Shown: positions 39,350-53,840, numbered from the stretch's first letter. The stretch is 64,000 bases of DNA from Octopus vulgaris (GCA_951406725.2 OX597814.1:195858001-195922000); one strand, 5' to 3'. The notes: generated by a model from the sequence alone, not told the origin. Program-made: numbers and translations.

Positions 39350-40140
39350 CAATACAATATACTCACCCTCGAGTACCCTGTCTGGAAGCATTTCAATGTC
39401 TTCATGGACCCTCTGAATGATTGCTGAGATGCTCTGCCCGAGCGAATTCTGGGAGGCAGAGCATGTAATCTGGAGATATTGGATCTTGTCTGCCCTGTTA
39501 AACAACAGGGCGGCCATCACCTCTCTCGCGTCTACTCCTGGTGGCACTTCTGTCACCTTTACACGAGAAGTCCCTCTTACTATGTAGGTTGGCAGAAGCA
39601 CCGCATCTTTTTTTTAGGGGCTCACAGAGTACCCAAGGGCCTTTTCCTCAGACGTGAAACGCACCTCAACAGTGCCATATGTTTTGCCCCTCGCAATATA
39701 CGTTATGTTCTTCCAAATCGGGGCAAGACAATTTTCAATTTTCTCTTTTTCGAAATGTTTAAATCGTCTGTTTTTCGGACAGAACGATTTAAATATTATT
39801 GTTTTTCGGTCCGTTTCAACCGTCTTAGAGGAGGGTGATATTTTTATATCACCATCCTCCTCTTTAATTCTCCTAAAATATTCTTGTAGCTTCTCCACAG
39901 GAATATCTGTTTCCGGTTGCCACAGCGGCAACCACCGAAAACTTGTTTGCGGGGTTAACATTACTCTCTTCGTGAGTGCATTTTTCATGTATAATTTTGA
40001 CCGACATATTCGACCGAAATTAATTACACAAGAAAATATAACACAAAAATCGGTTTTCCACAAGGAATACCTACAACTACTTTTCGCAAAAACAGTTTAT
40101 AAATTTTTCGACGATAGTTCAAATCCCGCCCCTGGAGGGG
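39350..40140 (-). pseudogene. Non-LTR retrotransposon ORF1-like fragment
   Basis: Frameshifted ORFs 39614-40063 and 39323-39601 with RRM-like ITYIARGKTYGTVEVRFTSEEKA and RVKVTEVPPGVDAREVMAAL. Confidence 0.5.
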
Positions 40141-40289
40141 ACGGTACACAAATATGAAGTCTAAAATGACTTCAGCAAGTCCAATTTTTTCGCAGTATTT
40201 TGTTTTAAAATAGCCACAATGGCTACAAAAAGAAATAACAATTTCCGTCACCCGATATACCGGGCAAGAGCACAAAGTTCAACAATGAT

Positions 40290-40450
40290 AGGCAGTGTGG
40301 TAAGTAGCTTGTTTACCAACTACATGGTTCCGGGTTCAGTCCCACTGCGTGGCACCTTGGGCAAGTGTCTTCTACTATAGCCTCGGGCCGACCAAAGCCT
40401 TGTGAGTGGATTTGGTAGACGGAAACTGAAAGAAGCCCGTCGTATATATG

Positions 40451-40481
<31 letters not shown>

Positions 40482-40700
40482 TTGTGTGTCTGTGTTTATC
40501 CCCCTAGCATTGCTTGACAACCGATGCTGGTGTGTTTACGTCCCCGTCACTTAGCGGTTCGGCAAAAAAGACCGATAGAATAAGTACTGGGCTTACAAAG
40601 AATAAGTCCCAGGGTCGATTTGATCGACTAAAGGTGGTGCTCCAGCATGGCCGCAGTCAAATGACTTAAACAAGTAAAAGAGTAAAAGAGTAAAAGAGTA
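40290..40700 (+). mobile_element. SINE family 2
   Basis: Near full-length match to 36430-36833. Confidence 0.85.
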
Positions 40701-41045
40701 AAGATAACAATCCAACAATACAATAGTATTGTCCAACAGTAATACATCCGATATTAAACGATAAAATTCCTTTCGGAGCGAAAGCAACACTGATCTCAGT
40801 CAACGAGCGGAAGCAATCTTCTTACCACACAGCCACTCCGACGCCTTTTATTCTTTTACCTGTTTCAGCCATTTGACTGCGGCCATGCTGCAACACCACT
40901 TTTAGTCTAGCAAATGGACCCCAAGACTTGTTCTTTGTAAGCCTAGTACTTATTCTCCCGTTTTTTTTTTGCCGAACCGCTAAGTTACGGAGACGTAAAC
41001 ACAACGACATCGTTTGTCAAGCAATGTTGATTGGGACAAATAGAT

Positions 41046-41076
<31 letters not shown>

Positions 41077-41079
<3 letters not shown>

Positions 41080-41276
41080 TGTATAAAAGGTCGTGGGTAA
41101 GGCCAAAACATTCGCATCGGCACCATTCGTCACTTTCTTGAAAAGGGGGGGAGGTCATAACCCCGAAATATTGAATACAGAGTAAGACTACATTAATTCA
41201 CATATTTGTTTTCTTGTGATTTACCTTGCATTAACTTCGCATTGTTTTGGCCTTACCCACGATCTTTTATACAATA
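41077..41276 (+). mobile_element. 200-bp element with 34-bp terminal inverted repeats and internal U3-A8 hammerhead-like motif
   Basis: IR 41077-41110 / 41243-41276; ttc-TTGAAAA-gggg...cccc-GAAA-ta-TT-gaa at 41135-41175. Confidence 0.65.
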
Positions 41277-41679
41277 CTAGCAGTATCGCCCGGCGTTGCT
41301 CGGGTTTGTAAGGGAAATAACTATATAAGCATTTTTAGAGAGCTTTAGCAAAAAAATAGCAAAAACATGCATTAAAAATGGAAAAAAAATGATGGTAAAT
41401 TTTTTTTTTTAAATTGTTGACTCATCGTAGACATTTTTAGAGAGTTACTTCCCTTATATAATAGCGAAAACATGCATTAAAATAGAAAAAAATGATGGTA
41501 ATTTTTTTATTAAATCGTAGACTCATCGTAGACGAGCGCTAATACCCAGAAGGGCTCGATATGAATCACGACTATAAGATACCCGGTTTTGGTTAAACTG
41601 CACCGCAAAATGTGGGAGTAGTTAGGAATCTAAATCGTAGGAGACAGACAGCACACAACCTTACTTTTATATATAAAGA
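41277..41679 (-). mobile_element. Non-autonomous Helitron nested in the microsatellite of a family 2 SINE
   Basis: Reverse complement of 21419-21807 with CTAG/hairpin and TC ends. Confidence 0.8.
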
Positions 41680-42620
41680 TATATACACGACGAGATTCTT
41701 TCAGCTTCCGTCTACCAAATCCACTCACAAGGCTTTGATCGGCCCGAAGATAGAGAAGAAGACACTTGTCCAAGGTGTCACGTGTCATGTGGTTGGGAAG
41801 CAAGCTTCTTACCACATTGCCACGCCTGCGCCTATATACATTTCCCGATTCACGATATTTATAAGGTCGGATATAACATTGACGGATATAAATCTTCTCT
41901 GCACATTCCAGTCAATATTTTGGTTTGAAATATTATCTAACTTCCGCGTAGTTTCGTACTCATCACACTTGCTATATTCAATAAGATTTATTTCTTGACA
42001 TAAAATCCTTAACATTAATAATATACATCTCTAAAATAACCACAGTTCATACTTATAAAAGTTAATACTTAATAAAGTTGATATCGAATAGTCTGCTGAT
42101 TAAATTGTTTTTTTTTCTTTTTTGCGTTCTTTGATTTCAAAGGAAATTTTTGAAATCAGATGATAGCGTTCGAGATGAAGTTTATCTAAAGACTCCAAAG
42201 AATTGATGATCATCAAAGATTCCATTCAGATAATTGATAAAGCTATCTCATATACACTTAAAAAACAGACTAAATTTCTTTCACATAAATCTATAACATT
42301 AGATTATTAAGATGGATTTCAAAGACGTATAAGCCACGTATTAAATACTATTTCATATTACAGAGAATTACTAGTTGTAGACTACTTTGAGTTTCTTTTT
42401 AGTTATTTACAGAAGTAAAAAGTTCTGTTATTACTGAACATGTTAATGTAGGTAATGATGATAATATTAATATTTGTACCAGTGAAAGAACTGAAGAACC
42501 TGTTATTTAAGGCACGCTGATGTTACTATATTGTTGTATTTAGGAATGGTCATTTTGCCAGTTTAGCCAATAAAAACACACGCACTATATATTTGGTGTT
42601 ACTTTATATGAATATGTATA

Positions 42621-42670
<50 letters not shown>

Positions 42671-43249
42671 CATACATACATACATGCATACATATATATA
42701 TATATATTTGTTGTATTTAGGAATAGTCATGATGCCAGTTTAGCCAATTTTGCTTCAGCGTTATTTATTTTTTACATTAATCTTAATCTTATTTCGGCCA
42801 GAGTTCTTTCGTCACACTCCTGTGATCGCATCAGTGGTCCTTTGCTTTCTTCTTTCTTATTTGTGTCTCTCCTTACCAACGGTCAGACAACTTGTATTTT
42901 GTATTTCTATTGTATGTGTCTTCATTTGCGCATGCGTATATCTCTATGTGCGTCTATGTTTAGTTAGTGTGTGTGTGTGTATGGGGGAAATGCCGATAAA
43001 ATTTGTATCACCTGTTTATATATGTTGCTATATCTTTCACATAAAGCGAAGAAGATGAAGCAGTTAGAAGGATAAGTCACAGTGAAAATAAGCAACATAT
43101 GTGCATTGAAAGAAAGTGTTTGCATTCAGTCCCAACAGACCGCCCGTGACCGACCTGCAGCAGAGCATTCAGGGCACGCATCGGACTGACTGGTAACAAT
43201 CGGGTGCACCTTACCTCGTCGTCTTCTCCTTTGTAACGTCCTTGGTTAT

Positions 43250-43657
43250 CTCTTTTACTCTTTTACTTGTTTCAGTCATTTGACTGCGGCCATGCTGGAG
43301 CACCGCCTTTAGTCGAGCAAATCGACCCCAGGACTTATTTTTGTAAGCCTAGTACTTATTCTATCGGTCACTTTTGCCGAACCGCTAAGTTACGGGGACG
43401 TAAACACACCAGAATCGGTTGTCAAGCGATGTTGGGGGGACAAACACAAACACATAAATACACACACACATAAATACACACACACATACATATATACGAC
43501 AGGCTTCTTTCAGTTTCCATCTACCAAATCCACTCACAAGTATTTGGTCGGCCCGAGGCTATAGTAGAAGACACTAGCCCAAAGTGTCACGCAGTGGGAC
43601 TGAACCCGGAGCCATGTGGTTGGTAAGGAAGCTACTTACCACACAGCCACTCCTGCG
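43250..43657 (-). mobile_element. SINE family 2
   Basis: Full-length match. Confidence 0.85.
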
Positions 43658-44989
43658 CCTACCGTCGTCGACAACGACGGAATAACTCTTCTTCATACTT
43701 GGGTCTGTGTTTCTCTGAGGTTGACTATACTTTTTTTTCTCTCTTTCATTTATTGAGTCATGATAAAATAAATACTCTTTAGAGATCAAAAGCAAAGCTA
43801 ATCTCTGTACGATTTGAAATTGCAACCATAAAACTTAACATACTTGAACTGGAGTAGATCAATTCTTCATTAAGGAATGCAAAAAACGATAGTTGGCGAA
43901 ATCGTTAGCTCATCGGACGGAGTGCTTAGCAGCTTTTCTTCCGGCTCTTTACAGTTCAAATATCACCGAGGTAAAGTTTGCCTTTCGTCGTTTCGTGGTC
44001 GATGTAATAAGTACCAGTCAGATACTTGAGTCGATTTAGTCGACTTGACACCTCCTTCAAAACTTCAGCCTTGTGTTCAGAGCCCCACCGATGTCAATTT
44101 TACTGTACATTCATTCGGGGTCGATAAAAAAGTGGTACCAATCAAGAGAAGTGGATTTGTGGAACTGTCAGAACATCGGTCTGTTCTGATTATTTGTGTT
44201 CTGAGTTCAAGTTACTCCATGGTCATTTGGCTTGGTAGAAATTAATCCATCAACCAGCTGAACTGGCACTCCGTCGGTTACGACGACGAGTTTTCCAGTT
44301 GACCCAATGAACGGAACGGCCTGCTCGAGAAATTAATGTGCAAGTGGCTGAGCAATCTACAGACATACGTACCTTTAACGTAGTTTTCAACATGATACAG
44401 AATGGCTGGCCCTTTCAAATACGGCTACAACTCATTTTTGCCAACTGAGGGTACTGAAGCAATGTGAAATGAAGCGCCTTGCTCAAGAACACAACGCGCC
44501 GCTGGTATTCGAATCCACCACGACTTTAAGAACGTGAACCGAATACACTAACCACTACGCCCCGCACCTTCACTTCACCAGGCTTAGCCCCACCAGTATC
44601 CAACAAAGGTGCCTTTAGCGTAATCCAATCTCGTTGCAAAGCATGTGGGCCAGGACTCTAGTCTGAGGATACCTACCTCACCTGCCCATTAACCTCAAAG
44701 GAAGTCCGACTGGTTCTAGGCGCTATCTTTCATTTCAATTAAAAAGACGAAAACAAATTTGTACCCTTTAATGACCGTTTAAATAACATTTAAGTAAGTT
44801 CGTTTTTAGTTTAGGAAGAAGACGACAATCGTGTGGGAGTTGGAAACGGTTGTGTTCTGAGACAGACGAGTTAAAGAATATAAAATTCTTTATGATTATT
44901 ATCGAAATGGAAACAAAACCTGAAGATAAACAGAAAAAAAAATGGCAGGCTAGTTACGGACCACCGACACAACCATAGGCATCAACATC

Positions 44990-45392
44990 GTTCCCCTGCC
45001 ACCATCACCGCCGCTACCATCCCCACAACCACCACCACCACCACCACCACCACTACCGCCGCCGCACCAACACCACCGCCGCCGCCGCCGCCGCCGCACC
45101 ATCACCACCATCATCACCACGTCCGCAACCTAATGAGCTGCAACCAACACTGCCGCAGCCATTGGCACATCAATATCCGCTCCGGCACCAACACCAACAC
45201 CACCACCATCACACCGCTACTACCACAGCCACTGCCAACTGTGTCGCTGCCCGCCAGCAAAACCACAACAGCCGCCATCATCAACGCCACCGCCAAATCA
45301 AGAGTAACCCCACCACCACCGCCGCCACCAACAACAACAACAACGACACCTCCACCAGCGCCACCAGTATCAGAACCACTACCATCATCACT

Positions 45393-45423
<31 letters not shown>

Positions 45424-45440
45424 GCAACACCAGCAGTCAT
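44990..45440. repeat. (CCA/CCG/CAA)n low-complexity trinucleotide tract
   Basis: Direct reading. Confidence 0.8.
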
Positions 45441-45489
45441 ACTGAGATGTAATTCACTGAAATGACTTTCTTTTAATGTTGATTATAAC

Positions 45490-45912
45490 GTCTCTCTCCC
45501 TCTCATTTTTTCTCTGCCTCTGTCTGTCTGTCTCTCTCTCTCTCTCTGTGTCGCTGTCTGTCTTTCTGTCTCTGTCTGTCTCCCTCGGTCCCTCCCCCTC
45601 TCTCTGTTTCTCTCTCTCTCTGCTGCTCTCTCTCTCTCTGTTTCTCTCTCTCTGTTCTCTCTCTCTCTGTTTCTCTCTCTCTCTCTGTTTCTCTCTCTCT
45701 CTCTGTTTCTCTCTCTCTCTCTGTTGCTCTCTCTCTCTTTGTTGCTCTCTCTCTCTCTTTGTTGTCGTCTGTCTGTCACTCTCTTTCTCTCTGTCTCTGT
45801 CACTCTTTCTATCTCTCCCCCTCTCTCCATCTCTCTTTCTCTCTGTCTCTCTCTGTCTCTCCTCTCTCTCTTTCTCTCTGTCTCTTTCCCCCTCTCTCTC
45901 TGTGTCTCTGTC

Positions 45913-45983
<71 letters not shown>

Positions 45984-46100
45984 ATGTCTGTCTCTGTCTT
46001 TGTCTGTCTGTCTATCTCTCTCTCCCCCTCTCTTTCTGCATGTTTGTCTCTCTCTTTGTCTGTCTGTCTGTCTTTCTGTCTGTCTGTCTGTCTGTCTCTC
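45490..46100. repeat. (CT)n/(CTGT)n polypyrimidine tract
   Basis: Direct reading. Confidence 0.9.
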
Positions 46101-46233
46101 TCCGTTGCTCGCTTCTTACGGGTTGCATTGTCTTAATTTCCCCAAGGACACTGTGTCTAAATATATAATGATTGAGGTCATTTTTAGCTTTAGAATTATC
46201 TTTTATTTCATTAGTCTTAGTCTCCAAGAAAAA

Positions 46234-46280
<47 letters not shown>

Positions 46281-46639
46281 AAATATTTATTTAATACTTA
46301 AAATTTTGAGCTTTTCCCATAAAAAGTGTTCGTTTCTATCCAGACAAACACACACACATCCATATACACACAAACACATAAACACGTACACACATGTACA
46401 CACACACATGTATACACACACACACACACACACGCGCATGCACTCGCCTCCGCACTGTTTACTCAAACACCAATATACTCTTTTGCACTCATGGACCCCT
46501 TCTTTCCTGCACACCGGCGTGTCTATTTCTAGAATGAAATTACTAATATATATCTGAGTGTGTGCTTCCATCTATCTGTGTGTGTACGTGTATGCATGTA
46601 TGTATGTATGTATGTATGCATGTATGTGTGTAAGTATGC

Positions 46640-46706
<67 letters not shown>

Positions 46707-46720
46707 TACATTAAATAAAG

Positions 46721-46766
<46 letters not shown>

Positions 46767-47349
46767 TGATGTAAGCGTTGGAATTGGAAATTATATTGAA
46801 ATATATTTTAGAGACGTGGCTGTATGGAAAGAAGTTGGTTTCCGGACCACATCGTATCAGGTTCAGTCCCACTCAGTGGTACATTGCGTAGGTGTGCCTC
46901 GGCCGACCAAAGCCTTGTGAGTGGATTGAGCATACAGATACTGAAATATTCCTGTCGTATATATGTATGTATATATATATATATATATATTTTTTTTCAG
47001 GATTAAATAAAAAGAAGACAACAAACCGAGAATATGTCGTATCTATCTATCTATCTCTACTCCCTCTCTTTCTATATATATATAATTCACAAAAAGCGTG
47101 TAGTAAATAAACGAACGAACATATACTAAATACAGAGGCGAACGGAAGGCACTCAAGGTCAACAACTCACCATTACTCCTTGGGTAGAGTGTCAAACGCA
47201 ATTTCGGCCATTATCGATAATATTGATTCCACTCTGGAGGCATCGGCAACAAACCGATAGTGGACGGATGAGGAACAAAACAAAAAAAAAACAGAATAAA
47301 GGCTTAGGGCCAGACGTAGACAACAATTAATAATAATAATAATAATAAC

Positions 47350-47381
<32 letters not shown>

Positions 47382-47382
<1 letters not shown>

Positions 47383-47884
47383 TCCAGTACATACAGAACC
47401 ATCAAAGTCAATAAACCAGATATTGTTGTGAAAGACCAAAACAATAAAGTTTGCTTATTGATCGACATGAGCATCCCCTGTGATCATAATATCTCGGCGA
47501 AAGAGTTTGACAAGCTCAGAAAATATAAAGGCCTGCTCATTGAAATTGAGAAAATGTGGCATCTCAAGGCGGTTACAATACCAGTGATCGTAGGAGCACT
47601 AGGAATGATCAAGAAGGGAACCGAAAATTATATGAGAATGATCCCTGGCTTACCATCCCTGCAAGAAGTGCAAAAGATTGTTTTAACTGGTACATCACAC
47701 GTATTGAGAAAAGCATTGTCGATGTGAGAACTATTACTACCCATGTATTAACTTAAAAAAAAAAAAAACTAACTAGTGAGTTTAGTTTAATGGCCTACCA
47801 ATGTAAACTATGAGTTTCTTGGCCCTAGGAGTCGGGAAGACACTCGGCAAGAAATGGATGCAAATTTGAAAGAAGAAAAAAAAA

Positions 47885-47886
<2 letters not shown>
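47382..47886 (+). mobile_element. 5'-truncated R4/Dong-like non-LTR retrotransposon (restriction-like endonuclease C-terminus plus 3' UTR) in (TAA)n
   Basis: KPDIVVKD...LLIDMSIPCDHNISAKEFDKLRKY...IPVIVGALG motif; (AAT)n on both flanks. Confidence 0.85.
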
Positions 47887-47930
<44 letters not shown>

Positions 47931-48782
47931 TAATAATAATAATAATTCATATACAACAAAAATCGCCTTGGGGCTGCAAGAAAAGTCAAAACTGAGTAAC
48001 GCAAAGGTGGAATGTAAACTGTCCTAAAGGACTATAGACACGGGAGAGGTAGAACGAGGAGCATAGAAAATTGTGACCAGTCCGGTCAAAGGCAAAGCGA
48101 AAAAAAATGACACGCGGGGTGTTGGCTTTAAGGGTATTGCGAAAAGCCTAGTTGGAAGCCCAACATTCCGAGTTCTTTTACAGACTGGCTGAAATAAGTA
48201 TGTTAATCTGAGAGGTCAGTATGTGGAATAGGATCATAATTAACTGATCCTCCTGTATTTTCTTTTACCCAAAGCCAGGAACTTTTCCTTAACCCCTCAC
48301 ATACATACATATATACATACATCTATGTGTGTGTGTGTGTGTAGTAATTTCATTTGGGTGTTAATGCTGCTGTCTTCCTATTGAGCTAATCCACAGGTAC
48401 AGGCTATCAGACATATGGTAATCTGAAGATCGTTTGTTATATGCAATACATACCTGAATCTCCACACATATCCTCAAAATTTCTACAATTATAACCTAGG
48501 AGAATGCAGTTCACAAGTCCTTTGATTTCATAGATTTTACAACAGAAAATCTCGCAGATGAGTATTGTTATATCATTATGCAACAAATGACGCATGAGGT
48601 GTCCATTATTCGGAATCATGCACAATAGAAGACCTTTTCCCCCTCATTCTTCATTCATTCCGATTAACTTGGTTAAATTTTCAAATACAAAGGATTTCCA
48701 TTACAATTAAGCAGTTTTAGATATGAAAACAAAAAAAAACAACAAAGAAAATATAGATGAAATGAATTAAGCAATAAAATAT

Positions 48783-49014
48783 ATTTCGTTATTACCCACA
48801 AGGGGCTAAACATAGAGGAGACAAACAAGGACAGACAAACAGATTAAGTCGATTACATCGACCCCAGTGCGTAACTGGTACTTAATTTATCGACCTCGAA
48901 AGGATGAAAGGCAAAGTAGACCTCGGCGGAATTTGAACTCAGAACGCAGCGGCAGACGAAATACCACAAAGCATTTCGCCCGGCGTGCTAACGTTTCTGC
49001 CAGCTCGCCGCCTT
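48783..49014 (-). mobile_element. SINE family 1
   Basis: Matches other copies. Confidence 0.85.
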
Positions 49015-49229
49015 AAATTAAGTAATAATATACTCACGGTTTGAGAAAAAAAGGGGGAGAAAGAGAGAGAGAGAGAAGGAGAGAAAGTCAAGAGGTTAGA
49101 CGGATGCAGGGAGGGGAATAGTGTGAGAGGGACAGCGATTAATGACACAGAGAGGAATAGTGAAAGAGAGAGAGAAAAAGTCATACATTATACGTTGTGT
49201 AGTTAATCATAGATTTGTATATGATAATT

Positions 49230-49302
<73 letters not shown>

Positions 49303-49321
49303 CACAGATATATATATATAT

Positions 49322-49407
<86 letters not shown>

Positions 49408-50221
49408 TGTGATGCAGGGAAAGAAATATAAGAAAGAGAAAGAAATATATAGGTTGTACAGTCAACTTGAAGTTGCAGCAGGACTACGTCATACATTTAG
49501 TTTCTAATAAACAACTTTCCGTCCCCTGTCACCAACTCTGTAACCACTAACTAAAGCTACTACCAAGCTCGAAATATGTGCTGACACCCTTGACGTCCTG
49601 ATATGAAATTAGCGTAATGAAGCTGTGAAATTCGAAATCCCAATACGTCAATATAAGTATGTATGTCTGTCTGTATGTATAAAATACCAAAAGAGGAAAT
49701 ACCAACGGAGAATGAAAAACACCAGCTGCCGCCATATCGTGATAATAGCAATAATAGTAACAGAGCCAACTGGGTAGCAGCGTTATAATTGTTATAATTT
49801 TATTCATACTTTATAAATGAATATTTTATTCTTTGATTTACTATGCTTTTACCTTATTTATATTTAACTTCCTGCTATCATCACTATTTACTTTAATTAC
49901 TGTTCTAATTTTATTTATCTACTCTACTCTATCTCTAATCAACCTGTAAACCCCCTCGCCAGAGCATTTAACAATACAAATCATAAACTGTAACATTTAA
50001 TCTGCTGAAATGAATTGATAAGCCCACCTATAACATCCAAAGTTACATCTTTTTTTTCCTCTGAAGACATTATACTTATGTAACATAAATGTATATTTAA
50101 TGTACAAATTTGTAATTAAATTATTGAGTATTAATTGAAACGGCTGTAAGAAGCGAAGATGACCAATTTGTTGTTGATAATAAAACAATTATCAACTTCC
50201 TAATCTCCATTTCCTTTTCTC

Positions 50222-50260
<39 letters not shown>

Positions 50261-51817
50261 CCTTTCTGTGACACGTATATATATATATATATATACCTTT
50301 CTGTGCCACGTATGTAAGAATATCTTGCATGTTTTATTTCATCTTCCCGACCAGGCTTTGTCATCTTCTGGCCAATTTCTCCGGTTCTTTTACCAATTAA
50401 AAAAAATTTTTCTCATCAATTTCTTTTTACTTTTCTTTTCATTATGGAAGTCAATCATTTTAAAATCCATTTTTTTCTTTCTCTTATTATTAATTTTCAA
50501 TGTAATCCTTGACTATATGTTTCTATTAATGCACATGGACTCACACAAAAAACTAGTATTTGGCTATGGGCATCCCATGTGCTTCATCAATAACTTTAAT
50601 CCCACACGCTCGCCTTACATTCTCAAATACACACTTTCACACAACAATTGCACATACACCAATAATCCGACACCACTATAATTCAACCAATTTATACACA
50701 AAGATACAAAATCGCAAACGTGCTTACAAATACATATGTAGATTACACGTGTAAAAGTTCTAACATATACACGAGCACATTATGCTTGTTTCTAGAAAAA
50801 GAAACATGGAATTCCTCCCTTTTTACTCTTTTTTCCTTCCCTTATACACTCAGCACTTCGCTAGTACCACTCACAAAGATTCTCATATTTTCTTTCTTTT
50901 CTTCTGATAAACGGATAACGTCCGAAAGGTTAAGGCGTTTTTATCATCAAATGAAAAGCTTTGAACTAATAGCTTATCCGTCATAAATTGCTGACTCTTT
51001 CGCCACAACTTTCTCTCACACGTCTCCTCCTGCATCTTGCAATTCACCTGCGACAGACCGGTATAGGTGGGAAGCCTATACGCCAAGAAAACCGGGAAAC
51101 CGGCCCTGATGACCCAGGCATGGCTCGAGAAGGAGCAAACAAAACAATACGTGTGTGTGTACATAATGTATGTGTGTGTGTATGTGTTAGTGTATATCAA
51201 AAAATTTTAATTATATATATACTTAAAAAGTATCCTACTCAAATCCTGAAATATAGGGAGGACTGCACCATTATTCGGCGAGTATACACTTTCAGCTGGG
51301 TGGACTGCAGCTACGTTAAATAATGTTACTTGGTCACTGAAATAAAATACCGTCGAGTCTGACGTAGGTATCGAAACCACAGACTTAATGATCCTGAGTC
51401 CAACGACTAAGCCACGTGCCAAAATATAACTATAAATTAAGAATAACTTGAAATATCAAACAGAAGCGACATTTTTTTCATACAAGATCTCAATTTACAT
51501 AATTCACAACAAATATTAATTAATTTGAGTTTATTTGTCTTATTTTCTTTCATATAAAATGATATTTATTTGAAGACGGGTTTGTATAAAATTGTTTCAT
51601 TGCTTTCACCTCTCGACGGATGTCAAGGACGTTTCTTTTGTTCGTATTCGACATCTTTGCTTTTAAATGTGTGTGTGTGTGTGGGGGGTGGTGGCTGTAT
51701 GTGCGCGTGTGAGTTTGTGCGTGTGTGTATATACTTGTATAAATATTTGTATATATATGATATATAGTTATGTGTATAGATATATATGTAAATATTTCTC
51801 TAAATGTATACCTACAT

Positions 51818-51890
<73 letters not shown>

Positions 51891-52030
51891 CATCTATATC
51901 TCTCTCTATATATATATGGAGAGAGAGAGAGAGATTTGGTAATGCAAACAGGAAAAATATAACTAAAAGCATGAGTATATATGTATATACATTCATAGAT
52001 ATATACATATATATACGTACATGCATAGAT

Positions 52031-52096
<66 letters not shown>

Positions 52097-52102
52097 TATA
52101 TA

Positions 52103-52295
<193 letters not shown>

Positions 52296-53429
52296 TGAAT
52301 CCAGACAAGTATAACGTTATCAATAAAAAAAATACCAGAGTTATAGTAATGAAATTAAAACAAGCCGAACATATAGAATGATTAACCATGCTTGAAACAT
52401 AAATCACAAGGAGAACTTCACGTCCATTCCAAATGAAGATTAATTAACGCAGCCAAGTAAAATCTGATAAAATAGGAAACACATCTTGAACATTATAAAT
52501 GTCAAAATCAAGAGCACCAAAAAGAACAAGCAATGGAATATCAGTAACGATGTAGTCATGTGACTCAGCAGTACTGGAAACAAAAATTAATGGTAGCTTT
52601 ACCCAGTGTAATATTGTTGGTTAGAATTCTTCCATCTTGAATTCCTTATTCACCATGACTTAAAATTTTCCCAGAAATATTGCACTATAAAAGATATATT
52701 CGGTTGGAAATATAGTGTTTTCGAATTTATGAAATGATTCCGTTGAGAATACTTTTTCAATATTAATGATAAAAAAGCATTAACCTTCACTTTTTAATGT
52801 TTCCTCGCTTTGCTCATTACTTTGCTCATTACTTTATAAATGCGTTTCGATTTTATTCCTTTAAAATGAGTTAACATCAGACCCATATCAGACACTTCCT
52901 CTGCATGAATTCAAAAGGGGCTTTTTCAATATTAAAGCAGCAAGAAATATGCATCTGGACATGCCAACGATGGTTTCATTAGTTTCGTTCGGGAAATTTT
53001 TTTTTCTCAAATACCTGACATTCTAGACTACTAAGATCAGGCAATATTGATCTTCTGAAAATCGTAGTTGAGGAAAATCCAAAGCTTCATGAGAATTAAC
53101 AAAACCGTTTAGTTCAAAATATACTTCAAACATAGACCACCTTAACGAACTAGGAAAAGTGTCTAAGTGTGGCTAGAGGATTTCTGAGCTTCTCTGCTCA
53201 TCATTGACAAGTAAACTTGTTACCAAACCTTTCCTGAGCAGAATTGTGACAAGTGATGAAATATGGGTTCTCTATAATCATATCAAACGAAAACACCAAC
53301 TGTTCGTAACCAATGGAAAAAGGTGGAATTCATCTGCAAACCAGGACTACACGTGAAAAATGTTATGCTCTGTGTTTGTTGGTATAAGATAAGCGTCGTC
53401 TTTCATGAAGTGTTAAACTAAAACCAAAC

Positions 53430-53840
53430 GAATAATATATTTCTAAATTTCTCGGACAGATTTATGCAGTAGCAGCAAATGTGACAGTCCCATAAAAGGG
53501 AAGAATGCTACTGTTATTTAGCTCTAGGAAACACCGTTTCTCGTTGAACTTGAGACAGTTCCTGTGTTCTTATGTTTCTAAAGTGGAGGCAAGTACCTCC
53601 ACCCAGCAAAGCCAGTACCCAGAGACTAGTTTCAGAGTAATCGCTCATCATCAGCCACACTACTCCAGACTGATGATGAGAAATGACTCTGAAACTAGTC
53701 TCTGGTGCTGGCTTGGCTGGGCGGAGGTGCTTGTCTCCACTTTGAAAACGTAAGGACACAGGAAATGTATCAAGTCTAACAGGAAACGGTGTTTCCTAGG
53801 GCTAAATAATGGTAGCATTCTTCCCTTTTATGGGACTGTC
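53430..53840. mobile_element. Fold-back element (arms 53482-53841) with head-to-head hammerheads, inserted in mariner
   Basis: Imperfect ~175-bp inverted arms; candidate TSD aaaaccaaac (53420-53429) / aaaacgaaac (53841-53850). Confidence 0.8.
53665..53705 (+). ncRNA. Minimal type I hammerhead ribozyme (mirror copy on minus at 53619-53656)
   Basis: ccaga-CTGATGA-tgagaaatgactct-GAAA-ctag-TC-tctgg; palindromic stem III ACTAGT; GUC site. Confidence 0.85.

Noticed and set aside
45114-46557. Pro/Thr-rich and Leu/Ser-rich ORFs up to 277 aa
   Set aside because: They arise from trinucleotide and (CT)n low-complexity tracts; no domain or splice evidence.
47195-47250. Minus-strand CCGATG...GGCCGAAATTGCG hammerhead-like match
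   Set aside because: Core incomplete and stems I and III could not be formed.
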